This document shows positions 24,782 to 36,884 of a DNA stretch of 64,000 nucleotides, piece by piece. This stretch comes from Tubiluchus corallicola (taxonomy: Eukaryota > Animalia > Priapulida), in contig JAQGDQ010000422.1 of the NCBI GenBank assembly GCA_030141605.1, forward strand, positions 115,780 to 179,779, written 5' to 3'. How positions within the stretch are numbered: position 1 is the stretch's first letter; the number at the start of each line of letters is the position of its first letter. A program made the translations under genes and the position numbers. The notes under the pieces are model-generated. The model ran no database searches and was not told the DNA's origin. It worked only from the letters and a program-made list of their open reading frames with translations.

Positions 24782-24988
24782 TCTTTATCAATGTTTGTGG
24801 CTGCTCTTTGCCATGACTTGGATCATCGAGGAAAAAACAACGCTTACATGATCAAAAGCGCCTCACCGTTAGCAGCCATTTATTCCACGTCCACCATGGA
24901 GCACCACCACTTCAACCAGACTGTGTCCATATTGCAGCAAGATGGCCACAACATACTCCGCTTTCTATCTTCAGAAGAGTACAAAGTG
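24782..24988 (+). CDS. PDE10A: PDE10 exon 15 ([20 protein letters not shown]...MEHHHFNQT...EEYKV), catalytic metal-binding motif
   Basis: ttttttag / gtaggt, phase 0/0; HDxxHxGxxN PDE signature. Confidence 0.97.
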
Positions 24989-25848
24989 GTAGGTTGCTTT
25001 TCATTTTCACAATAATTTGCGAGTTGATTAGCATTCTGCGCGATTTAAGAAGCAGTTATTGTGCTTAACTGAAGCACTTTGTCAAGAATCAGCTCCCAGC
25101 ACCCCTAGTGGAAGTTTGATGAATTAACTAATGATATAATAGCATACATAAAGTCTACAATTGAGCTAAAGTTATTCGCTTCAAAGCTTATGGTACTATA
25201 AGTTCTCAAATCCTACCATTGACAACTTTACTCTGAAGCTTATTGGGTTTACCAACCAAGCAGTCCCTAGAGTGAAACAGTAGGCCATGAGACGTGAATT
25301 ATTATTAATAGAATAAATCTTCCTATTGCATTTCTTAGTAATTATAGGGTTGTGTAAGGTAACATGCAGCCTATGTAGGGCCTGTCTGAGTGAAAGTTGC
25401 TGAAATAAAGACTGAATGCTTCTAGCTAATCAGTAGTAAAGTAAGAGTGAAGATACTTATATAGTTCAGTGTAAAACTAAGAAATTATGAACTTAAAAAC
25501 ATTCTATTCTGGCGCTTCGATCCGTTTTTAGCACCAATTTTTGACTGACTAATTTATTTATTTCTTGTTGTTTGTTGAAGGCTTCTTAATTTAGGTAAGA
25601 TATGTAATCAGTCGAACGTTTCGATTCAAATGTGTTTTGCTCAGCTTTGTAACATAAACAACTTCAAATAGTTGCATCGTCAGCTGAATTTCGTTAAGAT
25701 AATTAATTATCAGAGAACTTAATATCGGCTATGCGTAGCGGATGTCACATTCTCTGTTACTATGAATCAAGATTAACCCTAAACTGAACATGACCTTAAT
25801 TATTGAAAGTAGATAAAGAAATAAATTAGGTAATTACATGAAATAAAT

Positions 25849-26383
25849 ATTTACAGTTGAAACACCACAACTTTATTAAAACTTTTAATTTTTATAGTTA
25901 ACAATCGTGCCAAATGTTTCGGTAAGGCTGCTGCTGTCATCATCAGTGGTAAATTTTTAAATGTTTACAAACATACAACCAGTTTGTGTAGGCACAGCCT
26001 TCAATGTAGAACATTATGTACTAATTATGTATTTAATAGAAGCCAAATAGGTAATGAATAAGCAGACCAGTAGAAAGAAATTGAAATAGTAAATTATGCA
26101 CTAATTATATATTTACAAAAGCCAAAAGCCAAATAGGTAATGATTAAGCAGACCTGTAGAAAAGAAATTGATACAGTAACAAATAGCTAAGTGTTTGTAA
26201 ATAAAGTTAAAGGAATTGAAATACTTTGAACATTAAAAGAAGGCTTATTATGGTACATAGATAAACTTTCTTTTATTAATAAGTCCCAGTACATAGATAA
26301 ACTTTCTTTTATTAATAAGTCCCAATTATTTTTAATAATGTAAATTAAAAGTTTTAATAAAGTTGTGGTGTTTAACTATAAAT
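25849..26383 (-). mobile_element. Repeat family B: inverted ~40-bp termini with an antisense hammerhead-like core (Penelope-like)
   Basis: Termini atttacagttgaaacaccacaactttattaaaac / gttttaataaagttgtggtgtttaactataaat; minus strand reads cca-CTGATGA...GAAA-ca-TT-tgg at 25910-25949. Confidence 0.6.
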
Positions 26384-26488
26384 CTTTTTAAGTGGCTGTA
26401 ATAATAAAATAAACAAATCAAATCCACGATCAGCCACGATTTCGTTTTTGCTATAGACAGAATCAACAATAATACTTTTCTTGTTAAG

Positions 26489-26610
26489 GTTTTAGCCAAT
26501 ATCAAGCACTGTATTTTGGCTACGGATCTTGCATTGTTCTTTCCAAATAAGGCAAAGCTGAAAGGCCTTGTCGATTCGAATGAGTTCAGCTGGGAGAAAA
26601 AAGAGCACAG
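26489..26610 (+). CDS. PDE10A: PDE10 exon 16 (VLANIKHCILATDLALFFPNKAKL...EHR)
   Basis: gttaag / gtaaaa, phase 0/2; ILATDLA motif. Confidence 0.93.
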
Positions 26611-26884
26611 GTAAAAGACGTCTACCTTGTTAAAATTAAAAATAATTAGGTTTTTTGCCATAACTATCATCTCTTCTCATCGATCTCCTTTAGTTGGACA
26701 TTAAAATGGTCGAATTTTTATGAACTGGTTTCTGCATTCGTATTCGCCACAATCGCGTGTCACATTACAGTCGAAAAAAAGGTTTTTGACATCGCGCGAC
26801 TCTGACTCAACTAGAATTGGATGTGTGCCACCTGTGATGCGTCTTATATACTTGAAACATATACAAAAATCAGATAAAAGATGA

Positions 26885-27080
26885 TTGCATGCTATTGTGT
26901 CTTGTCGTGTGACACAGCACATCATATTGTATTGCATTATAGCGCATTGCACCGTTTCGTATTGTAATGAACCATGCAGCAGGCATTGCACTGCACTGCA
27001 ATCTGGTGCATTACATTTCGGATGCAATGCATTGCACTTCATTGTATTGTGCGGAATTGCCTCACCATGTTCCAAGTAGC
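26885..27080. repeat. Degenerate (CATTG)-type pentamer repeat
   Basis: Recurrent cattg/gcatt/tattg periodicity. Confidence 0.6.
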
Positions 27081-27154
27081 ATTACACTTTACAGTATATA
27101 TTGTACGGAAACTGTTGACCTTAAGTACACAAATTAGTACACATGCATCGTAAA

Positions 27155-27280
27155 CACCAGTACTTATGCACCCTATTAATCCAAGGCAAAAGCCTCACTT
27201 GCCACAGCCACCCTCAAAGTGTTCGGTGTTACCCAGCCGCGGTTTCGAACCCGTGATTTTCCAACAAAAGGAAGACGTAC
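27155..27280 (-). mobile_element. tRNA-derived SINE fragment
   Basis: Minus strand carries the B-box GGTTCGAAACC followed by a GC-richer body; no complete cloverleaf. Confidence 0.45.
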
Positions 27281-27410
27281 TAGTGCTATTAGTTTATTTA
27301 TTCACTTCCTTTGTGGAAAATCTCATACTTCCTTATGCGTTTACTAAAACTGGTCTCATTTGACAAGGAAAATGAGTAAATAAAATTGGAATCACTTTTG
27401 TACTTTTTAG

Positions 27411-27522
27411 AGAACTTCTGCAAGCTATCATAATGACAGGATGTGACTTGTCAGCAAGCATCAAACCCTGGGATATTCAAGTGAAAACCGTTAAGGTGAT
27501 ATTCGAGGAGTTTTACGAACAG
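27411..27522 (+). CDS. PDE10A: PDE10 exon 17 (ELLQAIIMTGCDLSASIKPWDIQVKTVKVIFEEFYEQ)
   Basis: tttttag / gtaaat, phase 2/0; CDL..KPW and EF..Q motifs. Confidence 0.94.
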
Positions 27523-28117
27523 GTAAATGAAAGGTGCCACAAAATACATATTTTATACACTGGGTAATTCTCCAATTATTTAAAAAGCAAAAGGGGGTAG
27601 TTTGAAAGGGGTAATTTTTTAAAAACTCATATTGTATAATAGTTTGGTAAACAAATCTGAAGTCAAAATTTATATTGCTATCTTATTAACCCTGCCTATC
27701 TTATTATCCCTATTTTAATGTGATTTTGGTACCTATGATAGCTGAATAGATGAAAACCTTTTATTTGACTCACTAATGAATGCCGTTATTCTCATATTAT
27801 TTAGTTACAATGAGAATATACATACATATATATGTATATATATGTATATATATATATATAACGGCATATATGTATGTATTTTCTTCGATGCGCATTCAAA
27901 TCAAATTTCTAAATTTCTAATGCAATCACTACGTGCAATAAATTCATTTCAGTGTACTTTAATTCCTAATCTTTTTTCAAAAATTCTTTTATACGATCAT
28001 AACATTTTTTCGTCTTCTAATTTTGAATGTGAGCTGTATTGTTTACTTTGTGATGTTTTGATGTAATGAAATCTGCAATTCGATCAACTGATGATAAAAT
28101 CAATATCAAAATTTTAG

Positions 28118-28198
28118 GGTGATGAAGAAAAGGCACAAGGTCGGACGCCCATTCCCATGATGGATCGTGACCGGGCTCACGAACTTCCCGGATGTCAG
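28118..28198 (+). CDS. PDE10A: PDE10 exon 18 (GDEEKAQGRTPIPMMDRDRAHELPGCQ), ending on the invariant Gln
   Basis: ttttag / gtaaat, phase 0/0; GD.E and PIPMMDRD M-loop. Confidence 0.95.
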
Positions 28199-29318
28199 GT
28201 AAATTGAAAGTCACTTTCCTTTTTCTTGCAGCTGAAATAAAAATTTTAGTCGAATTAATTTATTATCTGTTATATAAACCTTGGTGCAATTACTGTACAT
28301 ACCATGATTTGAATACTTGTGCGTCACTATCATGCTATAGTGGATCATATGGATGCGATTGCGTACAATTTTATTCAATTCCTTTCTTGTCTTTTCTTTC
28401 ATGATAGTAAATTCCTGCGCGCACAGAAAGAAGGTGGATTTTATTCGCACAACAGTTGCATATTTGTTGATACTACAGTTATGCAACTAATGTCGAGCGT
28501 GTGTCATTTATTTTAGGTGTGGTAGTTAGAATTTTAAAGCCGCTTGCATGCAGAGAGGTGCGAAAATCTCAATCATGTTTATAGCGTTTTTTGAAAGCCT
28601 CACCATCTTGCCACTAGAGGTCAGGTGAATACAATAGGTTACATTACAATAGGCGCATAATTGTTGAATTCAAAAACAATGGAAAACGTTGATATGCCAT
28701 GTAAAACAAAGATGACTGGTTTTTGAGTTGGAACTTGGATTATGTACACTTCTGGTATCATGACCATAGAAAATTTTAAATAAATACGTTAACTTATAAA
28801 CTTTTTCCATGACATTTTCACTTTTTATTCTCTGATGATAATAACAACTTAATTTGTGAAGATTAGCGCTTCACGGTTAAACTTTTGGAGGGGTGTGTGT
28901 GTGGGGGTGGGGCAGATGGCAATTTTTAACTTTATATTAAACAGTTATTAATAACACCTAAATTTTAAAAATTAGTCCCACTTTCCAGCACTTTGCAGAA
29001 CAGCTGTGTGGCTGTGGGCACGTTAACAATTTTACTTTTTCGGCAATAACTCTTTCAGCACGCACTTTTTGTGCTAGTGAGCGTACAACCAAAATAACAT
29101 TATTCTAATGCTATAGCAACCGTTTTTATGAAACTTTTATGGAATTTATGGCTTAATGCCCGTATTAGAGTGACTGTTAAGTGTCCTACGTACAGCTTGT
29201 ATATTCAATAAATTTAATTTTGCCCTTTGTCAATTTATAGGCGTATGTAAAAATTTATTAGTATAGCGCATTACATCACTTAATATCTCAGCACGCAGAA
29301 CAATAAAATACATATAAA

Positions 29319-29458
29319 ATTTATAGTTAAAACACCACAACTTTATTAAAACTTTTAATTTACATTTTAGTTAATTAACATATATTAAAATCAAATGTTA
29401 ACTAATTAACTAAGTAAATTATAACTTTTAAAAAAGTTGTAGTATTTTAACTATAAAT
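29319..29458. mobile_element. Repeat family B, short termini-only derivative
   Basis: Same inverted termini as 25849-26383, without the internal region. Confidence 0.6.
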
Positions 29459-29499
29459 GTTTTTAAGTGCATGTAAAAACATTTAAAATTCATAAGATA

Positions 29500-29800
29500 C
29501 ATTAAAAATATCAAAAAATTAATTCATCGCAAAAGTGCAATCTAAACAGGTGCGTTTTAAGATGTTTAAAAGAATCTAATGAGTTTCAAGAGTATTGCAA
29601 CAGGTAAATTATATCAGAGATGCGGAGCACAGACAGAAAAAGTTTTTCACCATAGCATACCGCATTTGGAATTGGATGATATAAATGCATTTGTTTGTTG
29701 GGCTTAGAACGAAGTGTTCGGCCTGTGTTACGGCCTATCAAAATATCCGTGAGATATGCAGATGCTAAACCATGTAGTATTTTGTATCGTAATATCACTG
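29500..29800 (-). mobile_element. L2/CR1-clade LINE ORF2 fragment
   Basis: YKILHGLASAYLTDIL...RTLRS...YGEKLF, typical of the L2/CR1 ORF2 C-terminal region. Confidence 0.7.
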
Positions 29801-29826
29801 TTCGAAAATATGCATATTTCATTTAG

Positions 29827-29915
29827 GTTGGGTTTTTAACTGGCATATGTATGCCCTGTTATGACCTGATGCAGATTCTCATACCAGGCTCCCACCCCAT
29901 GTATGATGGGGCTAT
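29827..29915 (+). CDS. PDE10A: PDE10 exon 19a, catalytic alternative exon (VGFLTGICMPCYDLMQILIPGSHPMYDGA)
   Basis: atttag / gtaagt, 89 nt, phase 0/2; QVGF...PCY helix. Confidence 0.9.
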
Positions 29916-29955
29916 GTAAGTACAAGAAGCTGACAAGCTGCCCTTTTTCATAATC

Positions 29956-30136
29956 GATGTCGTGTTGATGTGCACAGATATTAACAATAAAAATTTATTG
30001 CAGCCAAGGTGTCTGGAACAACGTGGCATCTAATTTGAACGATTTTATAGGTGGCAGTAACGTGAATAGTCGAGTTTTCTTATTTCATTCTTCTTCTACA
30101 ACCAAGTTGATGTCGTGTTTATTTGTTTGTGACACT
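29956..30136 (+). promoter_or_regulatory. Putative competing pre-mRNA secondary structure between exons 19a and 19b
   Basis: GATGTCGTGTT occurs at 29956-29966 and 30109-30119; both complement CAACGTGGCATC (30019-30030) using G-U pairs; GGTGTC(TG) at 30008-30015 also has two alternative partners. Confidence 0.5.
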
Positions 30137-30140
30137 CTAG

Positions 30141-30229
30141 GTAGGCTTCTTAACAGGTATATGCATACCTTGTTATGACGTCATCACCAGTGTTATGCCA
30201 GAGTGTAGGCCCATGTTTACGGGAGCAAG
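30141..30229 (+). CDS. PDE10A: PDE10 exon 19b, duplicated catalytic alternative exon (VGFLTGICIPCYDVITSVMPECRPMFTGA)
   Basis: ctctag / gtataa, 89 nt, phase 0/2, open; paralogous to 19a (17/29 aa identical by hand count). Confidence 0.88.
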
Positions 30230-32093
30230 GTATAATTTGCTATTAATAGAATTCTACAGAGTGACGTTAACGCTGTTTCTGGTAATGTGAACAAATGTAT
30301 ATATTGCACATGATAACGGATATGGCTTTTACAGGTTGTAAAATAATAGGCAAGGTACTCTCTGGAAACAGTGGCATTCTCTGAAACTGGGTAGCTTTAT
30401 CACAAACGGAAACTAGTTTTGGTTGGTGACATAGAACCAAAAATGAGTGGGAAACAGCTTTAATGTCACTCAATTTTCGTCTTTGTTAGTCTATATGTTA
30501 TCATAAGTTCCTTCTCTTCCTTTATTTGCATCTTTTTACCGTTTCTCTTCGTGAAATGCATGTTTACTGTCTTAAATTACGTAATTTCACTTAAAATTTG
30601 TAAAAAAAATTATAGATGATATACGATAAGCGTTCTTCCTGGTGGTTGCCTGCTAATTCGTACTGTTGGCTTCGTAAAACGGTGTCCTATGCATCAATGT
30701 CAAAATTTTGTTGAAAAACTACTTTGTTTTTGAATTGTTACGGCTAACGTTGAATGCATTGATTTGATATGTATATTATCGTTAAACCTGTGTTGACATT
30801 ACGATTTCGTTATTTGGCTTGACACCTTTTCGTTCATTTTTAAAAAAAGTTTAAAGTTAACCTATGTTGTCTTTAAGCATGTGAAGAAATTGAATTCTGC
30901 GTTATGTCTACAAAGCTGTGCAATAAATATTTTATAGAAACTGCTGATATTTTATTCTTATGCAATATGTAAATGTTCTAAAATAGCTTGACGACCCATG
31001 TCTTTGTAGTTTGCATACAAACTGATTCTCCATGTCTAAATTTTGTGTGTAGAAAGCTCTAATTATACGTCAGCATGCAGTAATTAACTGAAATTCAGCT
31101 AAATAGAACGTACGTGTAAAAAGTAAAAATTATATCTATTTTAGCAAGTGTGTTTGATCATACATTATGATCACGAATGAAGGAATATTATGGACTTATA
31201 ATCCATAGTTCTAAGCAATTAATGAAAATCTAATGCTGAATAGTTAAAACAGATTGGCCTTGAACTAAAATTAATGACGAGTGGCGATCTTTGAAATTTT
31301 GCAAATTTAATTATAGTTTGATAATAAACGAAAATATTTACATTTTATTATTTTCGTATAGCCTATGCTTTGCGAGCCATCCTTGCAGACAAAGTCGTAG
31401 AAGCCCCTTGTTCATGCTTTGCAAATGGCATTCACTAAATCGCTTTACTCTTCAATTCGATTACCTCTTATAAGTATATCAATATTTTCCCCCTTCCCGA
31501 TCATTTACTATTTACGTGAAAGGGATAGCCTCTAGGGATCAGCATGCTGGTTACTAAATACAGACATAGTGTCATCATCAGTGCTAGAAATTAAGCCAAA
31601 AGAAATGATCAGTGCCTTTATGACGTTGCAATTACCACGGCACAAAAATCATTGCAAAATTAAAAGAGTGAAATTGAAGTTGCCAGTATATAAGTAGAAA
31701 TACCCATAGAAAGAGATTCACAAATACGTAAAAATTGGTACAACACGCTTTTCTGGTCAGAGTATCCATTGGTAGGTATTGTAAAATGCAAGAATCCCTT
31801 TAGAATTCAAGAATTTGTACTCTGCAATCAATTTCTAAGGGTATATTTAATTGCATTTTGGTAACTTTAATGTGATTTTTCCTTATTTTGTAATGATTTT
31901 TGTGCCTTGTTAATCGTAGTGTCATGAAAAAATACTGATATATTCTTTTGTCTTGATTTCTAGCGCTGATAATGTAGTTTTTGTCGAAACGATTATCTGC
32001 ACTCAATGTACAGCAGGTTTATTCCTGTATTGTTTATTTTCCCTACGTAAAGCAGAACAAGCTTCATTTTAACGCTTTTTGTTTCTTGCTCAG

Positions 32094-32211
32094 CGCCAAC
32101 TTGGTTCATTGGAAAGCACTTGCAGAAGAGCAGAAACCGAAAGAAGAGGAAAAGAAACAAGTGAAGGAATCAGAAGAAAAGAAAGAAGCGAAAGGTGCTT
32201 TACGCATTTAA
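32094..32211 (+). CDS. PDE10A: PDE10 exon 20 (ANLVHWKALAEEQKPKEEEKK...GALRI*); possible internal donor after 32194
   Basis: gctcag acceptor, phase 2; NLxxW end-of-catalytic-domain motif; in-frame TAA at 32209-32211. Confidence 0.88.
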
Positions 32212-32862
32212 AAATTATAGAAGTGTTAACTAGTGTTTGTCAAGTATGAATTTTTACACCTATGACTACAGCCATTTACAGAATAGAAGCTGAAAATTTT
32301 ACAGCTGATTACATTTCTGTTGTTTGTAATTTTGTTATACTTTTTAGATATCTTCTGTAGTTGTATAGCCCGAGTAACAATAAAATTGAACTCTTTGCTC
32401 TGGTACATGAGAGACGATGACGACGGTTTTTGAATTGTGGAACTGGGTTTTAAATTTTCGGGTTTGCCAGACCTTTTCAAACCTAACCAGAATGTTGTTT
32501 CAGCTGCTTTTAGTTATCATTTTTATTCATTGTGCCTATATTTACAAATAAAACCTGGCCATTCACAGATTAAAGCTAAAATGTGTACAGCTGTTTACAG
32601 GTTTGTTATCTGTAGCTTTGTTGCAATTTTTACACCTGTTCTCTAAATATAACCAAAATAACAATAAAATTGAACTTCTTGCAGGGGCGACGGCGTTTTT
32701 TGCGTTAAGGAACGCTGTGGGTTTACATTATCGAATTCGCCATACTTTTTCTAGGCTTGCTAGAACTTTGTTTCTGTCGCTACAAGCTCCGACTGTGATG
32801 GTGAATGAATTCAGTTCGCCATGTTTTTCAACATTGATGAATGTTCCTTATTCTTTATTCAG

Positions 32863-32918
32863 GTCATGCAAAGGAAGCAAAGAAGAAAGAATCGATAGGA
32901 AAAGAAAAGGGCAAATAA
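32863..32918 (+). CDS. PDE10A: Possible terminal PDE10 exon 21 (GHAKEAKKKESIGKEKGK*)
   Basis: Strong pyrimidine tract plus ttcag acceptor; phase 1 matches the AAAG|gtgctt donor at 32194; continues the K/E-rich tail. Confidence 0.55.
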
Positions 32919-33169
32919 ACTGACACAATACAAACAAGCTTTTGCGTGTAGTAAACAATGCAGTAGCCATGAAAAACAGAAACGGGAAAGGAGCACACGA
33001 TGTTGCAAAGCAACGTTTCCCTAGAAGCATGGACAATTTTTTGCTAAATCGCCAGAGAGATCAAATACTCGAGAAGCACAAGAAAACCCTCCACTTACAT
33101 AAAGTTTAAAGAATTCGTCTTGAAATTTTATACGACTTGCATACTGCGTTTTTGCATGCAGGGCTTGCG

Positions 33170-33540
33170 TCGGCAGTAATGCTGTATAAAACTTGTAAAT
33201 CTAAACTCCCGCAATGATCGTTACGCGCAGCCATTTTAATGGTAGGTCATTTGAAACAAGTTTACATAATTTTGGGAGAAGTTTGAAAAAATAATCAGAG
33301 TATGGGCTTAGCACACAGGTTACTAACTAAGTAAAATTTGAAATTACTATATCTTGTCAATAACATTAAAAAATACGTTTTATGTTAGTGAGCGGCGCAC
33401 TCTGGAGAGTGAGCCAGTGACATTTTACCAATTGGCACTAACATTTTAAATTATTTCCAGTTACATGAGTCTTTCCAGGAGGTAAGCGAAATACTAAGTA
33501 ATACAGATTTGCATTGAAAGTTTTTGGGACATAATTTAAC
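33170..33540 (+). mobile_element. Dispersed repeat family C
   Basis: Core aaactcccgcaatga...gccattttaa.ggta...ttgaaacaagttta recurs at ~58830 (+) and inverted at ~48930, ~56090 and ~63085. Confidence 0.6.
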
Positions 33541-35581
33541 ATTGTCTTTTCCTCCCCTGATTTACGTTTGCGTAGTGACGTCATGTAATGGCGACTTCGG
33601 AACAGTACTGCGTGAGTATTCCTTTTAAGGCGAGTACGATATATGCATAAAAATGCTGCAAAGTAATATAATTTATAAGGCGATACTTCTGAAACCCATT
33701 TCAGGCACCCTTTTCTTGTCCTTTAAACCCACACTTCTTTTTTCATTTTCATGGTTGTCTCGTGCTTGGTGGACATGATTTTTTGCTCGTTATTGTTCTA
33801 GTTATCTAATTAATGCTCTAGTAATTATCTAGTTAATTGTGAATTTATACTTGTTATGTAACAAGTGTGCAGTAATGTACTGTATGTACATAATTACGTT
33901 AATTTAATTATTTGATTTCGTGACAGTATTACAGCTAGTTATTTGTTAAGTTAAGTTTATTAACGTATTGAAAAAGAGTTTTTATTCAAATTTCAACGAT
34001 GCCGTTTTTAAACATGTCTATGTATTTACAGGCCTATACCTACACTCATATTAATTCATATTAAACATTTTTAACTTTAAATAAGTGTTCATTCGTAGAC
34101 TCGTATTACTGAAAATTTCTTGCTTATCTATATGTCTAAATGTTGATGCAAAAGTTACTGTTATGTCTTCAAATAAAATAGTGCAAACCTGTAAATAATT
34201 TTATAAATACGATGCTAAGTGTTAGGCCTATCATAATGTTTAGTAAGCGTTCGTAATACGTAATAAACTCTTAAGCCATTAGTACATAAGTATATGGACC
34301 TATGGCTCTAAAGTTTTTTCTATCCTATTGTTGTAAGTCCAAACATCATTTACTGCTAAGAAATTTCTATTCAAGAGCTTGTGCAATGGCAGACAAAATA
34401 TGCAAAAAATTCATGGTGTATGTACATGTAGTTTACTGTATAATTGTAACAATACTCGTACCTTACATTCTTTGTTAAGAATGTAATCATGTTGAGAATG
34501 TCTGAAGTAACTTTTTGGAGTTCTAGTTAGTTTATTGAAACTGCTAAGTCACTGTATGGTTGTTGATTCGTTTATCTCTTCATTTCATTCACCGTTCACT
34601 ATAAAAGTTTATTAATAGTGCGAGACGAATGACTGAGTGGTTACAGTGTTGGCTTAACGACCAAATTTTTTCTCTGTCTGGTCAAAAATGGATAGAAAAG
34701 TGCTTATCTTTTACTCTGCCACCAGCTATGTACCTCTGATGGGAGATCGTATGCGCATGCATAAGGTTAAAACATAGAATAGCGTCCATCCTGAAAAGGT
34801 TATTGTCTTTAATTATCTCTGTTATTTACGACGCTGGGAGCCATTACGAAAACGTCAAAAAAACCTTTACCAAAATTAACGCGATGTTTGGGGTTCCTCG
34901 GTGCCAGACATTTTGACGCCGCTATAGAAAAAACGCATTAGTACACAGTAGGGCCTATGCTGTCTAAAGGCTTGTGCTAGTTTATACTCTCGTTGAAAAC
35001 GTGTCAACGGAATAATAGAAAAGTGCGGTTAATAATTCATTTAATTATAGGACATCTTTTGCACACTATTAGATGCATAACTCGTGCGCCTTGTGGATTG
35101 CGATCATCATGGTAAAATAAGGAAAATTACTAAAACTGCCAAGTTTAACGTTTTTATTATTGTACACTATTATTGGCAATAAATATTTCCATCCAAAAGT
35201 TAGCAGTTTATTTTTTTAACCGAGAAATTTTTATTGCGCCTGTATAGTACAAAGCTTACACCCCTAAATCTGATATTGCAGGTCCAGCCAACAAAATTTC
35301 CAAAATCCTATACTACGACGCGTCGACGATATACCTCGCGCGTTGTGTCAAGTGTTTCAAACATGCCCTAAACTGACACTTAATTTGTGCATGATAGTTA
35401 ATAATAGTTAATGAAACTAAATAACTGATATTTTATTTACACACATAGCTGTACGGAGAGAAATTTTTTGTTTTCGCGCTATTATATTCTCTGATATGTC
35501 TTCTGTAAGCTCCCAGTGTAGGCCTATAATTTTTACTTTCTTTGATCATAAGTTTGAGGAACGCAATACAGGGAGTTGAAA

Positions 35582-35707
<126 letters not shown>

Positions 35708-36052
35708 GGAGGGAATAATTATTACCGCTGGATGCATTTGAATCACAAACTAAGCCACAGCTGTGTGCATTACATATACTTTTAATCTTGACTAGGTTTG
35801 ACAGATAAATCTTAATGCCCAACATATAAATTCAATGTTGTATATTGTCTAATATACACAATTGCAATAACTGTAAACACATATTTTGAAACAATTTAAA
35901 GTGAAATCGCTTTTGGATTCGGCCAAATAATTTTTCTAATCGTGTTTTAATTTGTGAAATTACTTCCAAAATGAACCAAATGTGAAAAACACAAGTATTT
36001 CATTTTCTTATGAAAAACCCCCATATTAATTTTGTTACAGGCACATAAACAC

Positions 36053-36425
36053 ATTTATAATTAAAAACAACACAACTTTATTAAAAACCTTTAGGTACAT
36101 TAAAAGTTAAAAGCTGAAATCATGCGAAACGTTTCGACTAACTGTCGCTGTCATCATCAGTGGTAAATTTACAAATATACAACCAATTTATATAGGTAGA
36201 GCCTATTAAGTAGAGCACTAATTAAGTAGTTAACAGAAGCCATACATGTAATGAATAAATAGACCTGGAGAAAAGAAACTGATACATTAACAAATAGCTA
36301 AGTGTCTGAAAATAAAGTTAAAGGAATTGAACTACTTTGTACATTAAGAAAAGACTTATTAGGGTACATAGATTAATTTTTAAATGTAAGTTTTTAATAA
36401 AGTTGTGTTGTTTTTAACTATAAAT
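36053..36425 (-). mobile_element. Repeat family B copy with antisense hammerhead-like core
   Basis: Colinear with 25849-26383; minus strand reads cca-CTGATGA-t-gac...gtc-GAAA-cgtt at 36126-36163. Confidence 0.6.
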
Positions 36426-36884
36426 CCCATATTATTATTATTTATAAAAATTTCTTGTAATTGATGACATTTCGAGAACATTTCTTCTCCTCTAACCGTC
36501 GTTAGCAGCAATAAAAAGTGTAAATAACATTGTAGGATTCTTTGAAAAATCACTTGATTTATGCTCACGTCATTGTACATTATGGTGACCAATTTTATCA
36601 AAATCAAGCGAGAGATGGCAGCACAACAGCTGGGAAACGCAACACGTGTGAACTTCGGCAAGAATCGTTTGCATTTTGTTATTTGTTCGCTGTGCAATTG
36701 ACGCGTAAAGTAAACTGACTTTAGATCTTGCTGTTGTTGATGGGCTAGCTCTCGATTATTAGCTTGTTTAATCAGCAGTTTTATGAGATGTTTTTAGTGT
36801 CTTGAATAATATACTTCTATGTATCGCAAAGCGTCGAATCATAGCTAGGATAAATTCCAGGTGCTGCCTTCGCTTGAAATAATT

